This document shows, one piece after another, positions 12,536 to 24,341 of a stretch of 64,000 bases of DNA. Below the pieces are notes generated by a model. The model saw only the letters and a program-made list of their open reading frames with translations, was not told where the DNA came from and made no database searches. Position 1 is the first letter of the stretch. Every line of letters starts with the position of its first letter. Made by a program: the position numbers and the translations under genes. The DNA is from Macrostomum lignano (lineage: Eukaryota): assembly GCA_002269645.1 (NCBI GenBank), contig NIVC01001247.1, positions 158,928 to 222,927 on the forward strand, given 5' to 3'.

Positions 12536-14381
12536 GAGCGTCTGCACTGATGAAGGATATTAAAAAAACTAGCTGAGTCTGGAGGATACACCTAAAGGTC
12601 GGGTAGATGGCCGGTGGACAAATTAAAACAGACAGACAGACGGCTAAAACAAGTCGGTAAGCGCTGTCACGCGTTCCAAGCGTGATGCCTCCCTAACTAA
12701 TTTCCTTTTCTGCTAAGAGAGTCAACTAAAAAATCAATCTGACTGAATTCTCTGTCCAGAGGGTTTAATAATAAAAATTGAATTGTAGACGAGGATTAAG
12801 ATGAGACTAAGGGATAAGAGCGTTGAGTTGAATCGACAGGAAGTGAGGTGCCGGGGGGGGGGCTGGATAACATCTATTTGTTAGAAAATCTGAATTTTAA
12901 CTTTATTGGAATCCTGACTGCAGGAAGCGTAATCAATCCCCAAGGAAGGAAAAAATGAATTTTTTTCTAGACAGAGTAGAGTGTGCTGTTTAAAAATAAG
13001 TTTTCAGTAATGTTCTAGAACTTCAGTTCTTGTAAGTCACATTAGCTAGTCTGAGATTAAATTTTGCCGTGCTGGAATAGCTCGTATTGCCGCAATATTT
13101 TAATACAAAAGCGAATCTTTTAGTACTTTTAATGTTTCGACCAAGCTTCAAAAGACGATGATAGTTTTATTCCGTGACTTTATTTTCTTCTTTGATGGCT
13201 GCGCAAATCGCAAGTGCTACACATCATAAAAGCGCTACTTCATGGAGACCGCGATACAGCATGGCAAACTACGGAAACTTCTGATAAAGTCAAGACTGTC
13301 AAAGAGTGAACCTCTATCGAAAAAAAGCAATGACACACTTATGCCCTTTGTTGCAATAATTTTGTGTGCGTATCAGCAATCACATGTAAAATTTGATAGG
13401 TATTATTTCTAGTAGTGACTTTGGGAAAGCTTTGCAAGTTTTTTACCAACCCCTAATGCTGGAAGACTGTAGTACGAGTAACCCGAAGCTTCATATCTAC
13501 TTTATTTATTGCCTATAGCTTGTAAAAGATTTCGAATCCTGGGTAAGCAACCAGGCTATAAGTCAAGCCGTGAAAGTACCCGGTAATGACTAAACCACAA
13601 CAATTTGCTAGGCTCCGGATCCACCTCGTGACGGTGACCTGGAAAGTGTACCAATGAGTCTCTATAGAGCATTCCATTCGTCAAAAAACACATTTTGCGG
13701 CCTACATTACACGAATTCAAGTATTCCATAATCCTACGTACCGCGTGGTATGTATTTTGTATTTGTCCTTTTATCAAGGTTTATAGGACATAAAGAACGG
13801 ATAGTTTAACTGGAAAATCGAATCATTAATAAACAATTAGCTATGAAAATTACTTTAAGTTCTACTAAAGAATACTTCTATTATATTGATAGTTTCTGTC
13901 ACAAGATTTCGTCGCGTCAAAAGCTACTCGAATTTGCATAGCCCTCTTAAAAGCAGTGAATATCAAATAGGTTGGTCAGTATGAGCAGGAATAAAGCTAG
14001 AGCAGGCTTGAGCAGGATCACAGATCAGAAGGAAATTCCAGGGCCAAGAGGAAGAGAGCGGCGGTGCATAGACTGAGGGATCTGATCCTTTTCATATTGA
14101 GGGTACGAAGGCTCGCAGTAGAAGTTAATTCCAAACTCATTTTTTTGCGAGAATTATTAGGAAAAACCTCGCGTGTCTGACTTCGACTTTGTCTAGTGTA
14201 GGGCGCAGGAAAGGTAATAGTGGACATGTGTTCGGCGTACAGTTGTGTCAGGGGAGGGTCGCACACGCAAATACGCTCGCAGCTTGCCTCAAAATTTCTC
14301 CGATGGGCGTTTCCTGCGCCTGTTCAACGCGTCTGTTCTGTGAGGTTTGAGGTGCGTCATACATTTAATAATCAATACTTC

Positions 14382-17300
14382 ATGGAATTAAATACGCCTA
14401 ATAAATTTCGAAACGCAATGAAGGATCAAACTGTCCAGACAAAGCATACAATGGCTTCTAAAAGTACTGTATCTAGAGGGCCTTCTACAAAGCGACTGGG
14501 TCGTCAGCCGCAGCAACAGCCAGCACGATGGCCAGTCAAGAAACCGGCTCCTCCTTCGGTCCCAAAGAAGCCGACCCTGCAAGAGCGTCAACGAAGGCAC
14601 GCGCTACATGGCGCGATGGCTAGATCGGACTCGCTGCCACCACCAATCGGCTACAATGACGCCGATCGATTCTACCTGACTAGCCCGTCGCTGCCGCCTG
14701 AGGCTTCCGACTGGCCAAACGCTACCGCAACGGGTGATGCTGATTCACTTGGCCACGCAGCTGCAGAAGTTCTTCTAGACGATGACTATGAGGACAATGA
14801 CATGAACGGGGACCTGGCTGGCCACCCCAATAGAATGAGGCGCGAAGCGGAACGACCGTTCGAGTCGTCGCATGTCGGAACATCGCCTTGGTTAGACCGG
14901 CAGTTGCGTCAATATAATTTGGCGCGATCGTCTGGGCCACTAGTTCGACGCCACGCGCAGACTGACACGAGCGACTTGGACAGAGATAGAGAACGTCGAC
15001 AGCGTCATCTGGAGGAGCAAATGAGCAATCTAAGGGCTGAGAATCGGGTCAAAGCGCGAGAGCTAGAAGCCAATCGATACATTGAGCAGCAAATGAACCG
15101 AAAGTTGAAGACAACTGACGAGGCATTTGCCCTACGGCAAGCTATAAAAGACAAGGAGCGCATTATCGCTAGTCAAGAGAAAATTTTATCTGAATTGACA
15201 AGCGAGGTGGGCCGACTGACTGAGTCTGGAGCTGATCGTGAGAGGCTTGTCATGCAACTGCAATCGGAAGTTGATAATCTGGAGCGCGTGCTCGCGGCTC
15301 AGCGAGCTCTCCGAGAGGGTGAAAGATTGCAGACTGTGAGCGAAGAGCTAGACAGAGCTAAGGACGAGCTGGCGGCAGCTAGCTTAGAGACAGACGCGTT
15401 GCGAAACGAGGTTCGCAACCTGCAGGGCGCGCAGACTCGCAAAGAACGCGAGATAAAAGCCAAAGAAGAGAAGATCAGCCAACTGTCAGGTGAACTGTCA
15501 ACGGCAAATCAAACTGTTGCGAGTTTAAAAAACGAGCTTGCTGTGGCTGATAGCCATGCAAAGGCTGCAGATCGTGAGGCTAAGCTGCTTCGGGATCAGA
15601 ATAAACAGCTATCAGATGTCAGAGAGAAGTGTCGAAATCTTCAAGACGAAAAGGCATACATGGCGGAAGCTGTTCATACTCTGGAAAGCAAAGTCGCACA
15701 ACTAGAGGCCATCAAAAAGGACAAAGAAGTGCTGGACGATCTGGTGACCGACCTGAAGTCGGCGCTCAAAGACAAAAATCAGGTACTTAAGGAGCATCGG
15801 GATTTACAGTCCCAGACGCAGCAGCTTCGGGATCGGGTGAAGGGTATGCAAGCAGACGATGCTGGGAATAAGAGAGAGATAAACAGACTGCAAGAGGTCC
15901 TGAGCGAGTTAGAAAAGGAGAACCAATTCTATCGTGATCTGGACGGTGATTTTCGTAGATTGAAACAGCGCTATGAAGAGGTTGATAAAGCTCTGAAGGC
16001 AGATGAAATGGCTCTAGCAAAGCTCCGACCCCGTATTGAAAAACTGCAAAACCGGTGCAAGGAAAAGGATGATCTCATCCGGCGACTAGCAAACGAGCTG
16101 CGCTCTGGCGCAGATCGCCTTCCACGCGAGCTTCTTCAAGAGGCTGATCGTAATCAGGGTCGCTTTGCCGAGGACTACTTGGACCCTGCCGAACTTACTG
16201 GTACTGATGAAGCGCGCCCACATTCATCGCGAAGGGATACCAGGATGGGTGCAGACAACAATTCTCCCATCGCTGCATATGAACCGGCCAAGCGAGCACT
16301 GCAACCAGTAGCTCCCCAATCAATAGCTCACAAAGATCCAAGCAAATCTGATGACAAAAAAGTACCTAGCAAGTCTTTCACGAATACACAGGGCCCAAGT
16401 CAACGACTGCCACCAATGCAACCTGCTGCTGAGCAATCGAAAGTCGGTGCGCCTGGGCGATACCGGAGTCCGCGCAATGAAAAAAGCCCAAATCGCAGTC
16501 CAGCACGTCAGGATGGCGGAACTAGTGGGCCAGAAAATCGCGGAAGTCCCAGAAGTCGCAGAAATGATCAACAAGTACATGATCCAGAGCCTTATAATAA
16601 TACAAGTCCTGGAATAAATGAAAAACCAATGAAAAGACTTAGCGACATTCCAGAACAAAGAACATACGAACCTGTGCATCGTGGGAGCCCTAGTCGCAAT
16701 ACAAACCCTGCCCATCATCAGCAGCCTTCTAGCAATATTGAGCCACAAATTGCAAGACGTCAGCAGAGTCCTCAGAGACAAGATCCTCGATCTTACGACC
16801 GACAACCCACCAATACCGAACCACAGAACTATGAGCCAAGACGTCAGCAGAGTCCGCAGAGACAAGATCCTCGATCTTACGACCGACAACCCACCAATAC
16901 CGAACCACAGAACTATGAGCCAAGACGTCAGCAGAGTCCGCAGAGACAAGATCCTCGATCTTACGACCAACAACCCATCAATACCGAACCACAGAACTAT
17001 GAGCCAAGACGTCAGCAGAGTCCGCAGAGACAAGATCCTCGATCTTACGACCGACAACCCACCAATACCGAACCACAGAACTATGAGCCAAGACGTCAGC
17101 AGAGTCCGCAGAGACAAGATCCTCGATCTTACGACCGACAACCCACCAATACCGAACCACAGAACTATGAGCCAAGACGTCAGCAGAGTCCGCAGAGACA
17201 AGATCCTCGATCTTACGACCGACAACCCATCAATACCGAACCACAGAACTATGAGCCAAGACGTCAGCAGAGTCCGCAGAGACAAGATCCTCGATCTTAC

Positions 17301-18218
17301 GACCAACAACCCACCAATACCGAACCACAGAACTATGAGCCAAGAAGTCAGCAGAGTCCTCAGCGATTCAAGCCACTTGAGTACGAAGATCAGCCAACAA
17401 CAAATGAAGAAAAACCTAAATATAGTAGCAGAGAAGATTCACCCTCAGCGAGGGGCCATGAGCCCAGACGCCAAAGTCCAGAAAAATCCGATGAACGACC
17501 AGAGCAGGAATCATCAGAGACAGCACACCTGGATCCCCCAGTAAATGTACACGCTAGGACGCTAGCGGATGGAAGCATTCTGGTCGAGTGGGACACACCA
17601 GATCTAGATCAGCTAGACCGCAATCGTTCTATTGTTGTCGCCGGATATAAAATTTTCATCAATGAAATCGAGGAACAGTCTGTTGGCAGTTCCCGACTAA
17701 CTAAGGCGCTGGTGTCTCGAGGCATCGGGCTACCTGTGAATACCGTGGCAGTACAATGCTATGGCTATGACGGTGAGGTATCTGATATGGCGCGGATTAG
17801 CATCGATCCGAGTGAGTCGCTACAAGCGCAGCAGCAGGAGCCTGCTCCACCCCACACTAATGCAAAAGATGACACCCGTATTGGAGCTGAGCCTGAACAG
17901 GAGGAACCCGTGTATAAAAGTACTTCCTCACAGCAGCAGCATCCGCAGCAGCAGCAGCAGCAACAGCAACAGCCGGAGCTGCCATCGGCCCGCATCGCGG
18001 ATGCAAACTCTGTGGTACCTCAGCCGCTGGTGCGCAAAGCTCTATATGACTATCAGCCTGGACTGGACTCGCCGTCAGCGTTTCCCTCCTACGAGCTTGA
18101 GCTGCATCGAGGCGACGATGTCACAACGTTCGGCCCAATCAGGCCTGACGGAATGTACAACGCTGAGGTGAATGGAAAACGAGGCCTGGTGCCTGCTCAG
18201 TACTTGCAGCTGAACTGA
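14382..18218 (+). CDS. Intronless RIMS-binding-protein (RIMBP)-family protein: long coiled coil, 28-aa repeats, one FN3, C-terminal SH3
   Basis: One open frame from 14220 to 18218, with in-frame ATGs at 14226, 14382, 14418 and 14451 (true start uncertain). FN3-like PPVNVHA..ILVEWDTP..VAGYKIFIN..VAVQCYGYDGE. SH3 VRKALYDYQPGLDSP..ELELHRGDDVTTFG..DGMYNAEVNGKRGLVPAQYL has the RIMBP-type YDYxP..SP insert. AATAAA at 18566. Confidence 0.8.
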   Translation: MELNTPNKFRNAMKDQTVQTKHTMASKSTVSRGPSTKRLGRQPQQQPARWPVKKPAPPSVPKKPTLQERQRRHALHGAMARSDSLPPPIGYNDADRFYLTSPSLPPEASDWPNATATGDADSLGHAAAEVLLDDDYEDNDMNGDLAGHPNRMRREAERPFESSHVGTSPWLDRQLRQYNLARSSGPLVRRHAQTDTSDLDRDRERRQRHLEEQMSNLRAENRVKARELEANRYIEQQMNRKLKTTDEAFALRQAIKDKERIIASQEKILSELTSEVGRLTESGADRERLVMQLQSEVDNLERVLAAQRALREGERLQTVSEELDRAKDELAAASLETDALRNEVRNLQGAQTRKEREIKAKEEKISQLSGELSTANQTVASLKNELAVADSHAKAADREAKLLRDQNKQLSDVREKCRNLQDEKAYMAEAVHTLESKVAQLEAIKKDKEVLDDLVTDLKSALKDKNQVLKEHRDLQSQTQQLRDRVKGMQADDAGNKREINRLQEVLSELEKENQFYRDLDGDFRRLKQRYEEVDKALKADEMALAKLRPRIEKLQNRCKEKDDLIRRLANELRSGADRLPRELLQEADRNQGRFAEDYLDPAELTGTDEARPHSSRRDTRMGADNNSPIAAYEPAKRALQPVAPQSIAHKDPSKSDDKKVPSKSFTNTQGPSQRLPPMQPAAEQSKVGAPGRYRSPRNEKSPNRSPARQDGGTSGPENRGSPRSRRNDQQVHDPEPYNNTSPGINEKPMKRLSDIPEQRTYEPVHRGSPSRNTNPAHHQQPSSNIEPQIARRQQSPQRQDPRSYDRQPTNTEPQNYEPRRQQSPQRQDPRSYDRQPTNTEPQNYEPRRQQSPQRQDPRSYDQQPINTEPQNYEPRRQQSPQRQDPRSYDRQPTNTEPQNYEPRRQQSPQRQDPRSYDRQPTNTEPQNYEPRRQQSPQRQDPRSYDRQPINTEPQNYEPRRQQSPQRQDPRSYDQQPTNTEPQNYEPRSQQSPQRFKPLEYEDQPTTNEEKPKYSSREDSPSARGHEPRRQSPEKSDERPEQESSETAHLDPPVNVHARTLADGSILVEWDTPDLDQLDRNRSIVVAGYKIFINEIEEQSVGSSRLTKALVSRGIGLPVNTVAVQCYGYDGEVSDMARISIDPSESLQAQQQEPAPPHTNAKDDTRIGAEPEQEEPVYKSTSSQQQHPQQQQQQQQQPELPSARIADANSVVPQPLVRKALYDYQPGLDSPSAFPSYELELHRGDDVTTFGPIRPDGMYNAEVNGKRGLVPAQYLQLN
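16755..17342 (+). repeat. Coding 84-bp tandem repeat, 7 copies (RRQQSPQRQDPRSYDRQPTNTEPQNYEP)
   Basis: Seven near-identical in-frame copies inside the RIMBP-like ORF, plus a partial eighth. Confidence 0.97.
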
Positions 18219-19380
18219 ATCTGCGAGAAAAATTGCGAGGGAGTGCAAGGTCCAAGCCTATTGAACCATTAACTTACAGTTTTACTGATCCTATCCTTCT
18301 TTTTTCGACTGACGCAGCCAGTCAGTATGCAGACAGCATAGCAACTGATGTTATGGTTATGAAGCTATTTTTTTTCAAATTCATATTTCGTACAAAGAAG
18401 GATATCAAACGTGTTGTTGTGTACGCTTATAGAGCGATTATTATTTTCCTTATCCAAACGGCTTGTAAAAAATGAAGTGCTTCTCCAATTCTGTTAGTCT
18501 AGTAAAGTACACAGGTGGTTTCAAACACTTTATGTATGCATCTATTTGAATCAGAGCTTTTTGTTAATAAAGCTTGAAACATTTCATAAAATTTGTCACT
18601 GGGGCATCTGTGTATTTGATCATACGCGTTATTGACTACTGCCGCTCTAAGGTTTCCATTTGCTTATTATGAAAATTTTGTTAGTAAATAGTTGTTTTAT
18701 ACAGTTAGCTCTACGCTACAAGCGCATTAGTAGAGCTCTCTAATATTTATTTCAGGAAATGTTTCGCTGAAAAAAGTTTTATAGCAATTTTAGGCAATAA
18801 AACTCTAAATGAGGTAGTTTGAGAAGGCAAAATTTAAATTAATCAGGTCGAACTAGATATTGGGCAATATCAAGAATATCAGTCAGTTTATTTGAGGCAA
18901 CATATAATTTAGCAATTAATTTTAAATTAACTTTCTCGCAACTATTTTTTGTATTTACCTAAAATCATTGAGAAATGTGGAGAAGGACGCGCGCAGCTTC
19001 CAAAATTAGGTCGTGGAATATTGAGCGTATTCAGTAGATATTAAATCACGACAGTTGCGCTTGTCAACAATATCAAATCATTGATTTACTGTACTCAATC
19101 AATCAAACTCTCGTAGTTTAATTGGATAAACAGATCGCATAGATAAACTAGTTCAATTACAGAGGTATACCTTAAATCGTAAGCAAGATTCCATTATTCA
19201 TTAGTGATAATATGATTAATTAAATTAATTAGCCTTCAAAGCAGCGGCTCTATTTACAATATGTGTCAACGCAAAGAGGGTCTATATTAAGTGATGGTCC
19301 AAAGGTAACTAGTATGTAAAGTAAGCATAGACATGTTATTCACGCTCGAGAAAATAGTATTATCAAGAATTGGAAGCTCC

Positions 19381-20499
19381 TTACTGCGGTGGGTTTATCT
19401 GGGACTTGCTTACGCTGAGTGTTGTCGAATGCTGCTGCTGCGGTAACGCAAACATCGATGCTGCGCTCGCGAAATCGGCAAAGCTTGCCAAAGAAACGGC
19501 TGTCGCTGCTGACAGAGGGTCGAACTGTGGCTGCTGCGGTTGTTGCTGAGAGGTTTGCGGTGCCACCTGTTGCTGCTGCCTAAGGCGGAAATTTTGCTGG
19601 TTGAGCAGCTCATTGGCGGCCGTCAGTTCCAAGCACTGACGCCGAAGCTCTTCCAATCGACGACGAAGTGAAGCGTTTTCAGCCTGCAAGGTTGAAACAG
19701 TTGCGTCCATTGCTAGTCCAGCTGGTGGCGGCTGAGGCTGCGGTGCCCCGGCCAGGAATGTCAAAGGAGAAAAATGCTGCTGCTGATGATGATGATGAGC
19801 TTCAAAGTCTAACCGAGGTCTCTTCAACAGCGGAGCTTCTCCGAAGCCAACCCCGCTGCTGAGCATCATCATCATGGCCGACGACGGATCCAAAGTCGGC
19901 GTCGCGGCCTGAGTTAGTAAGTCCGGTGGCAGTAGAAGTGTCGGCATCGAAGCTGCTGCGGCGGCTGCCGCTGCTGCTGCTGCCGCTGCTGCGGCCGGTG
20001 TGGTCACAGATCCGGCCGTGGTCGCATTGGCGTCCAAATGACGAAATCTGCACCTGGCGCCTCTCTTGCACTCGCCTTTGAGATGATCTTTGCAGACCGG
20101 CGGCTCGTCTTGACAGGCCAAAGCGAGCAAGTCGCTGGGCAGGCCGGTGAGCAGCCGCTCTGGCAGGCGGCCGGTGGCCCTGAACAGAGCCTCCTCCTCG
20201 CGGCTGCAGTGAACGAACCTGCAGGCCTGCCTCTGACAGCCGCCGTTCTGATAGTCATGGCAGAACACGAGCAGCGCGGCTGCCGCAGTTGGTGACGAGT
20301 CAGCGGACGACGATGACGGCACTGCAGGCGGTGAGGAGGCCGACGAGCCGGCTGACTCGGGATGTCGGTAGCGACACCGCCGGCCCCGCTTGCACACGTG
20401 ACGAAGGAAGTCGCGACAGATGTCTGTTGATGACGACGCGTCGTTTAACGAATCCGGACCAGCGGCCGAGACACTTGCTGCGGAACTGGCGCTGGTCAT
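19381..20499 (-). CDS. ZC3H10: Zinc finger CCCH domain-containing protein 10 homolog (372 aa, single coding exon)
   Basis: Three CCCH fingers (ICRDFLRHVCKRGRRCRYRHP; FCHDYQNGGCQRQACRFVHC; VCKDHLKGECKRGARCRFRHL) and coiled coil LQAENASLRRRLEELRRQCLELTAANELLNQQN, matching the ZC3H10 layout. Acceptor CCCCGCAG just upstream of the ATG implies a 5'UTR intron or trans-splice site. Confidence 0.9.
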   Translation of the reverse strand: MTSASSAASVSAAGPDSLNDASSSTDICRDFLRHVCKRGRRCRYRHPESAGSSASSPPAVPSSSSADSSPTAAAALLVFCHDYQNGGCQRQACRFVHCSREEEALFRATGRLPERLLTGLPSDLLALACQDEPPVCKDHLKGECKRGARCRFRHLDANATTAGSVTTPAAAAAAAAAAAAAAASMPTLLLPPDLLTQAATPTLDPSSAMMMMLSSGVGFGEAPLLKRPRLDFEAHHHHQQQHFSPLTFLAGAPQPQPPPAGLAMDATVSTLQAENASLRRRLEELRRQCLELTAANELLNQQNFRLRQQQQVAPQTSQQQPQQPQFDPLSAATAVSLASFADFASAASMFALPQQQHSTTLSVSKSQINPPQ

Positions 20500-22632
20500 T
20501 TATGTGCTGGACCTGCGGGGTTTTCAATTGAGAGAATCAAGCACTGCGGTTCAAACATGTTGTAGGGAAAGATTTTTGCTTTAGGAAGGAGCGTAGAGAT
20601 CAATAAGAGAGTCCGCTTTGATCTTGCGCTACGATAAATACAAAAGAATGCAAAGAAATCGAAGAAAAACTTAATGAAAAAACGTACAAAGTGGCACAAA
20701 ATTTTTGCTTAGATAGCACGTAACTCAGTTAAAGGGTGTTTCTCTGTTGCTCGATATCTCTTTTTCTTTGTCTACCATCGAGATCCTTTGTATTTGTTCC
20801 TGTTTGGGCCCAATGAGTAGCTAGTTTAAAGAATAGTTTAGCTACTGGGAGGAGACACTTGTAGTAGGCACAAACAAGACAAACAAGTATTTGCATATCG
20901 CACACTTAGGAGTTCGTGCTAAAATTGAAAATATGGTGTGGCTAGATGTGTGTGTGTGTGAGGAGGCTTCCGATGTAATTTTAAAACTTCACAGAATCTC
21001 GCAACTTGCAGTAGCTTCTATCTCTCTATGCCTTGACAAAGATTTGTTAGTTCTTTGCTGCTTTTACTAAAGCAGAGAGTCGGTCAGACTAAAGCTAAAC
21101 ACAGTCCCTACGAAAGCTTGGGACAAAAAATTTGGACTGGTTGAGTTTGCGTCAGAGCAAACATTGAACACGACGTGGCCACTGGCAGAGAGAAAATTGG
21201 GCAAGGACTTGGAATGCGACACCTACCAGCTAAGACACCTGGAAGCCGATGCTTTCAAATTGACGTGATGAATTTATGTTAATTGTTCGAACGGTAACAA
21301 ATCCAACAACTCAATCAAAGCGATTACCTGGATAACTTGTTGATTAGTTTTGTCTTTAAATGTTTGATTATTAAAATCAACTATTTTAACGGAGCCAGAA
21401 ACGGTGGCAGTGGATAACAACCTGATGGTAGTAATAATAATAAAACCGAGCCAGCGTGAGTTGAGTTGTTCCTGTTGAGCAAAATAGAAGAGAAAGCCAA
21501 TCTGTGTCAAAAATACCTCTTTAAAGCATGGCGGGAAGAAGCGCTGATAAAGCAAGCATAAAAAATAGAGAAAAAAGAGGGGAGTTGGGGTGGGTGGGTT
21601 TTCGAGCCAGTGCTTGAGCAGCGAGAGAGGACTGGCTGGTCGATGGGGTGGGTGGGGTTACAGTCAGTAAAAAGAGATTCTTGCCTAAGCGATTCGCAGA
21701 CTCATACAGCTGTCTCTCACCGCAGCGCGTCAAAGTTTAGCTGAAAATTCTAGACCAGAAATCTGTTAAACCGGCCAACTTCTCTCAGTCTGTCCCTCCC
21801 TGTGTCTCATCAGCCATGCCCTAGCTGTGGGTTGGACCGCTTCAACCCCTCGGGCAAAGAACACAACAGATAAGACAGTAGCGCTCAGCTCAGAAAATAG
21901 CCGCTGAAAGGATCTGTCAGCTGCAGAAAAAAACAGACACACACACAGAGACAAGATCTTTGTACACACCCTCACCGTCTGTGCACCTCGCTGAGCTTGC
22001 TTGTGTAGAATATAGAAAGAAATAATGTTCAATCATAATGAATCGAACGAGAACAACAGAGAGAACAACAGTTAGTTATCTTGGGGGAGAGTGGGTGACT
22101 GACCGAATTTGAGGGTGGACACCCCCTGGTTGTCCGCCAGAGCACATGTCCAGTTCTTACTTGCCCGTCCTGTCCCGCTCGCGGTCTCTCGCCCCCCCCC
22201 CCCCCACCGGCACTAGTAGCATCCATCCATCTTTCTGTCTGCACCGACACAAGCTGTCAAGGTGAGAATTTATGAATGCTCCAAGCGAGACGCCAACCTC
22301 TTAGACCACTAGAGTCTTTCGAGTTGTTTTTCCATAAAAGATGGTTTTATTTCATCGAAACTTGTAGTATAAAGGCACCGAGTTGGTTAATAATTCCAGT
22401 AATAAATTGATTTTATTCGTTATCTGAATTTTCTTAAAAGAAACGGAGGCAGCGTCTGCGTTTTAAGTAACTCACAATCAATTTTGTAGGATTCGATTAT
22501 TGTAGAGATGCATTCTGTTATTATACAAATAAAAAATGTTACGATTGTGTATTTATTGAAGCAATGGTTGGTGACTTGTTGATGTTGTGTCAGTAAAAGT
22601 TCTGTAAGATAGCTAGCTTCTGACGCTGACGC

Positions 22633-23000
22633 CCCTGGTACTAAAGCCCCTGGTGCTAAAGCCCCTGGTGTTTAAGCCCCTGGTGCTAAAGTCGGTGATG
22701 ATAAAGTCCCTGGTGCTAAAGCGCCTGGTGTTTAAGCCCCTGGTGCTAAAGTCGGTTATGATAAAGTCCCTGGTGCTAAAGCGCCTGGTGTTTAAGCCCC
22801 TGGTGCTAAAGTCGGTGATGATAAATCCCCTGGTGCTAAAGCTCCTTGGTGCTAAAGCCCCTGGTGCTAAAGCCCCTGGTGCTAAAGCCCCTTGGTGCTA
22901 AAGCCCTTGATTCTAAACCCCGTTGGTGCTAAATCCCCTGGTGTTAAAGCACCTGGTGTTAAAGCCCCTGGTGTTTAAGCCCCTGATGCTAAAACCCCTT
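22633..23000. repeat. 15-bp minisatellite (GCCCCTGGTGCTAAA) with a 60-bp higher-order repeat
   Basis: Blocks starting at 22681, 22741 and 22801 begin identically (60-bp period). Confidence 0.92.
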
Positions 23001-23797
23001 GTTCTAAAGACCTCAAATGAAAACTCCCTTACTTTACTTTTAGGCAATGTAAATACGCTCGTACAAGTAACACTAACAGCTGCTTACCAATTGTACATTA
23101 AAGCGCATTAATAGAAGCTCATATATCTTTTTTTATCCATAATCCCAGTTGCATTCTCATCTATTAATAAGCGGGTCCTTAATGGCCGAAATTCAAATAA
23201 AATTTTAGTGTATCATGATATTAGCATTATATTAGCCCTGGCCTAATGGACCACTTTCCCCACTTATCGATAGAGAATTTGATATTTTCTCTAATAACCA
23301 ACATCCCATGCGGCCTGTTGAAAAGGATGCAATCAATCAGAGTGGACTCGAGAGTTTCAACTAGTCCTCGTGAATGAATTATTTAATGGAACGGCCCCGG
23401 TTGATGAGGAACTAAGGAATATTTTGTATCCAGGGGATTAAACTAATGCTGTCTAGTTTTATCTCGAGTGCTTTCGAAATGAAAAATCCAACCCTGCTGC
23501 TTATTCAAGATTGAGGAAGTAAAGAATTAGCGTGGGAATAATTGAGGACATTCACGGTGAGAGCACTGTAAACTACTGTTTTACTAGGTGGGACATTGGA
23601 ATTCACGAGCACTTAAGTGGACTTAGGCGGCTATTAACAGGTGCCATTTTGATACAAAAATACAAACCATTTTTTAGGTTTTACGCTCGTGCGGGCTTTC
23701 AAGAAATTTCAAAGGCAGCTCTCATTGAGAGCTTTGTCTTAACCAATTTCAGGATCGTAATTTCAGGATTCACACGCCTGAGGTGCAACCCCAAGGC

Positions 23798-24341
23798 ACA
23801 GTCCTAAACTCCATGATCCTAAACTCTATGATCCCAAACTCCATGATCCTAAACTCTATGATCCCAAACTCCATGATCCCAAACTCTAAGATCCCAAACT
23901 CTATGATCCCAAACTCTATGATCCCAAACTCTATGGTCCCAAACTCTATGATCCCTAACTCTATGATCCCAAACTCTATGATTCCAAACTTTATGATCCC
24001 AAACTCTATGATCCCAAACTCTATGATCCCAAACGCTATGATCCCAAACTCTATGATCCCAAGCTCTATGATCCCAAACTCTATGATCCCAAACTCCATG
24101 ATCCCAAACTCTAAGATCCCAAACTCTATGATCCCAAACTCTATGATCCCAAACTCTATGATCCCAAACTCCATGATCCCAAAATCCATGATCCCAAATT
24201 CCATGATCCCAAACTCCATGATCCCAAACTCTATGATCCCAAACTCCATGATCCCAAACTCTATGATCCCAAACTCTATGATCCCAAACTCTATGATCCC
24301 AAACTCTATGATCCCAAACTCCATGATCCCAAACTCTATGA
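23798..24341. repeat. 15-bp minisatellite (ATGATCCCAAACTCT), about 36 copies
   Basis: Tandem units visible directly. Source of the spurious IIEFG and MIPNS ORFs. Confidence 0.96.

Noticed and set aside
16320-17544. Overlapping antisense and alternative-frame ORFs (329 aa, 287 aa)
   Set aside because: They are shadows of the 84-bp coding repeat, with no independent domain signal.
23340-23780. Decayed transposase fragment (REFQLVLVNEL...)
   Set aside because: Only a short stop-interrupted frame with no catalytic motif.
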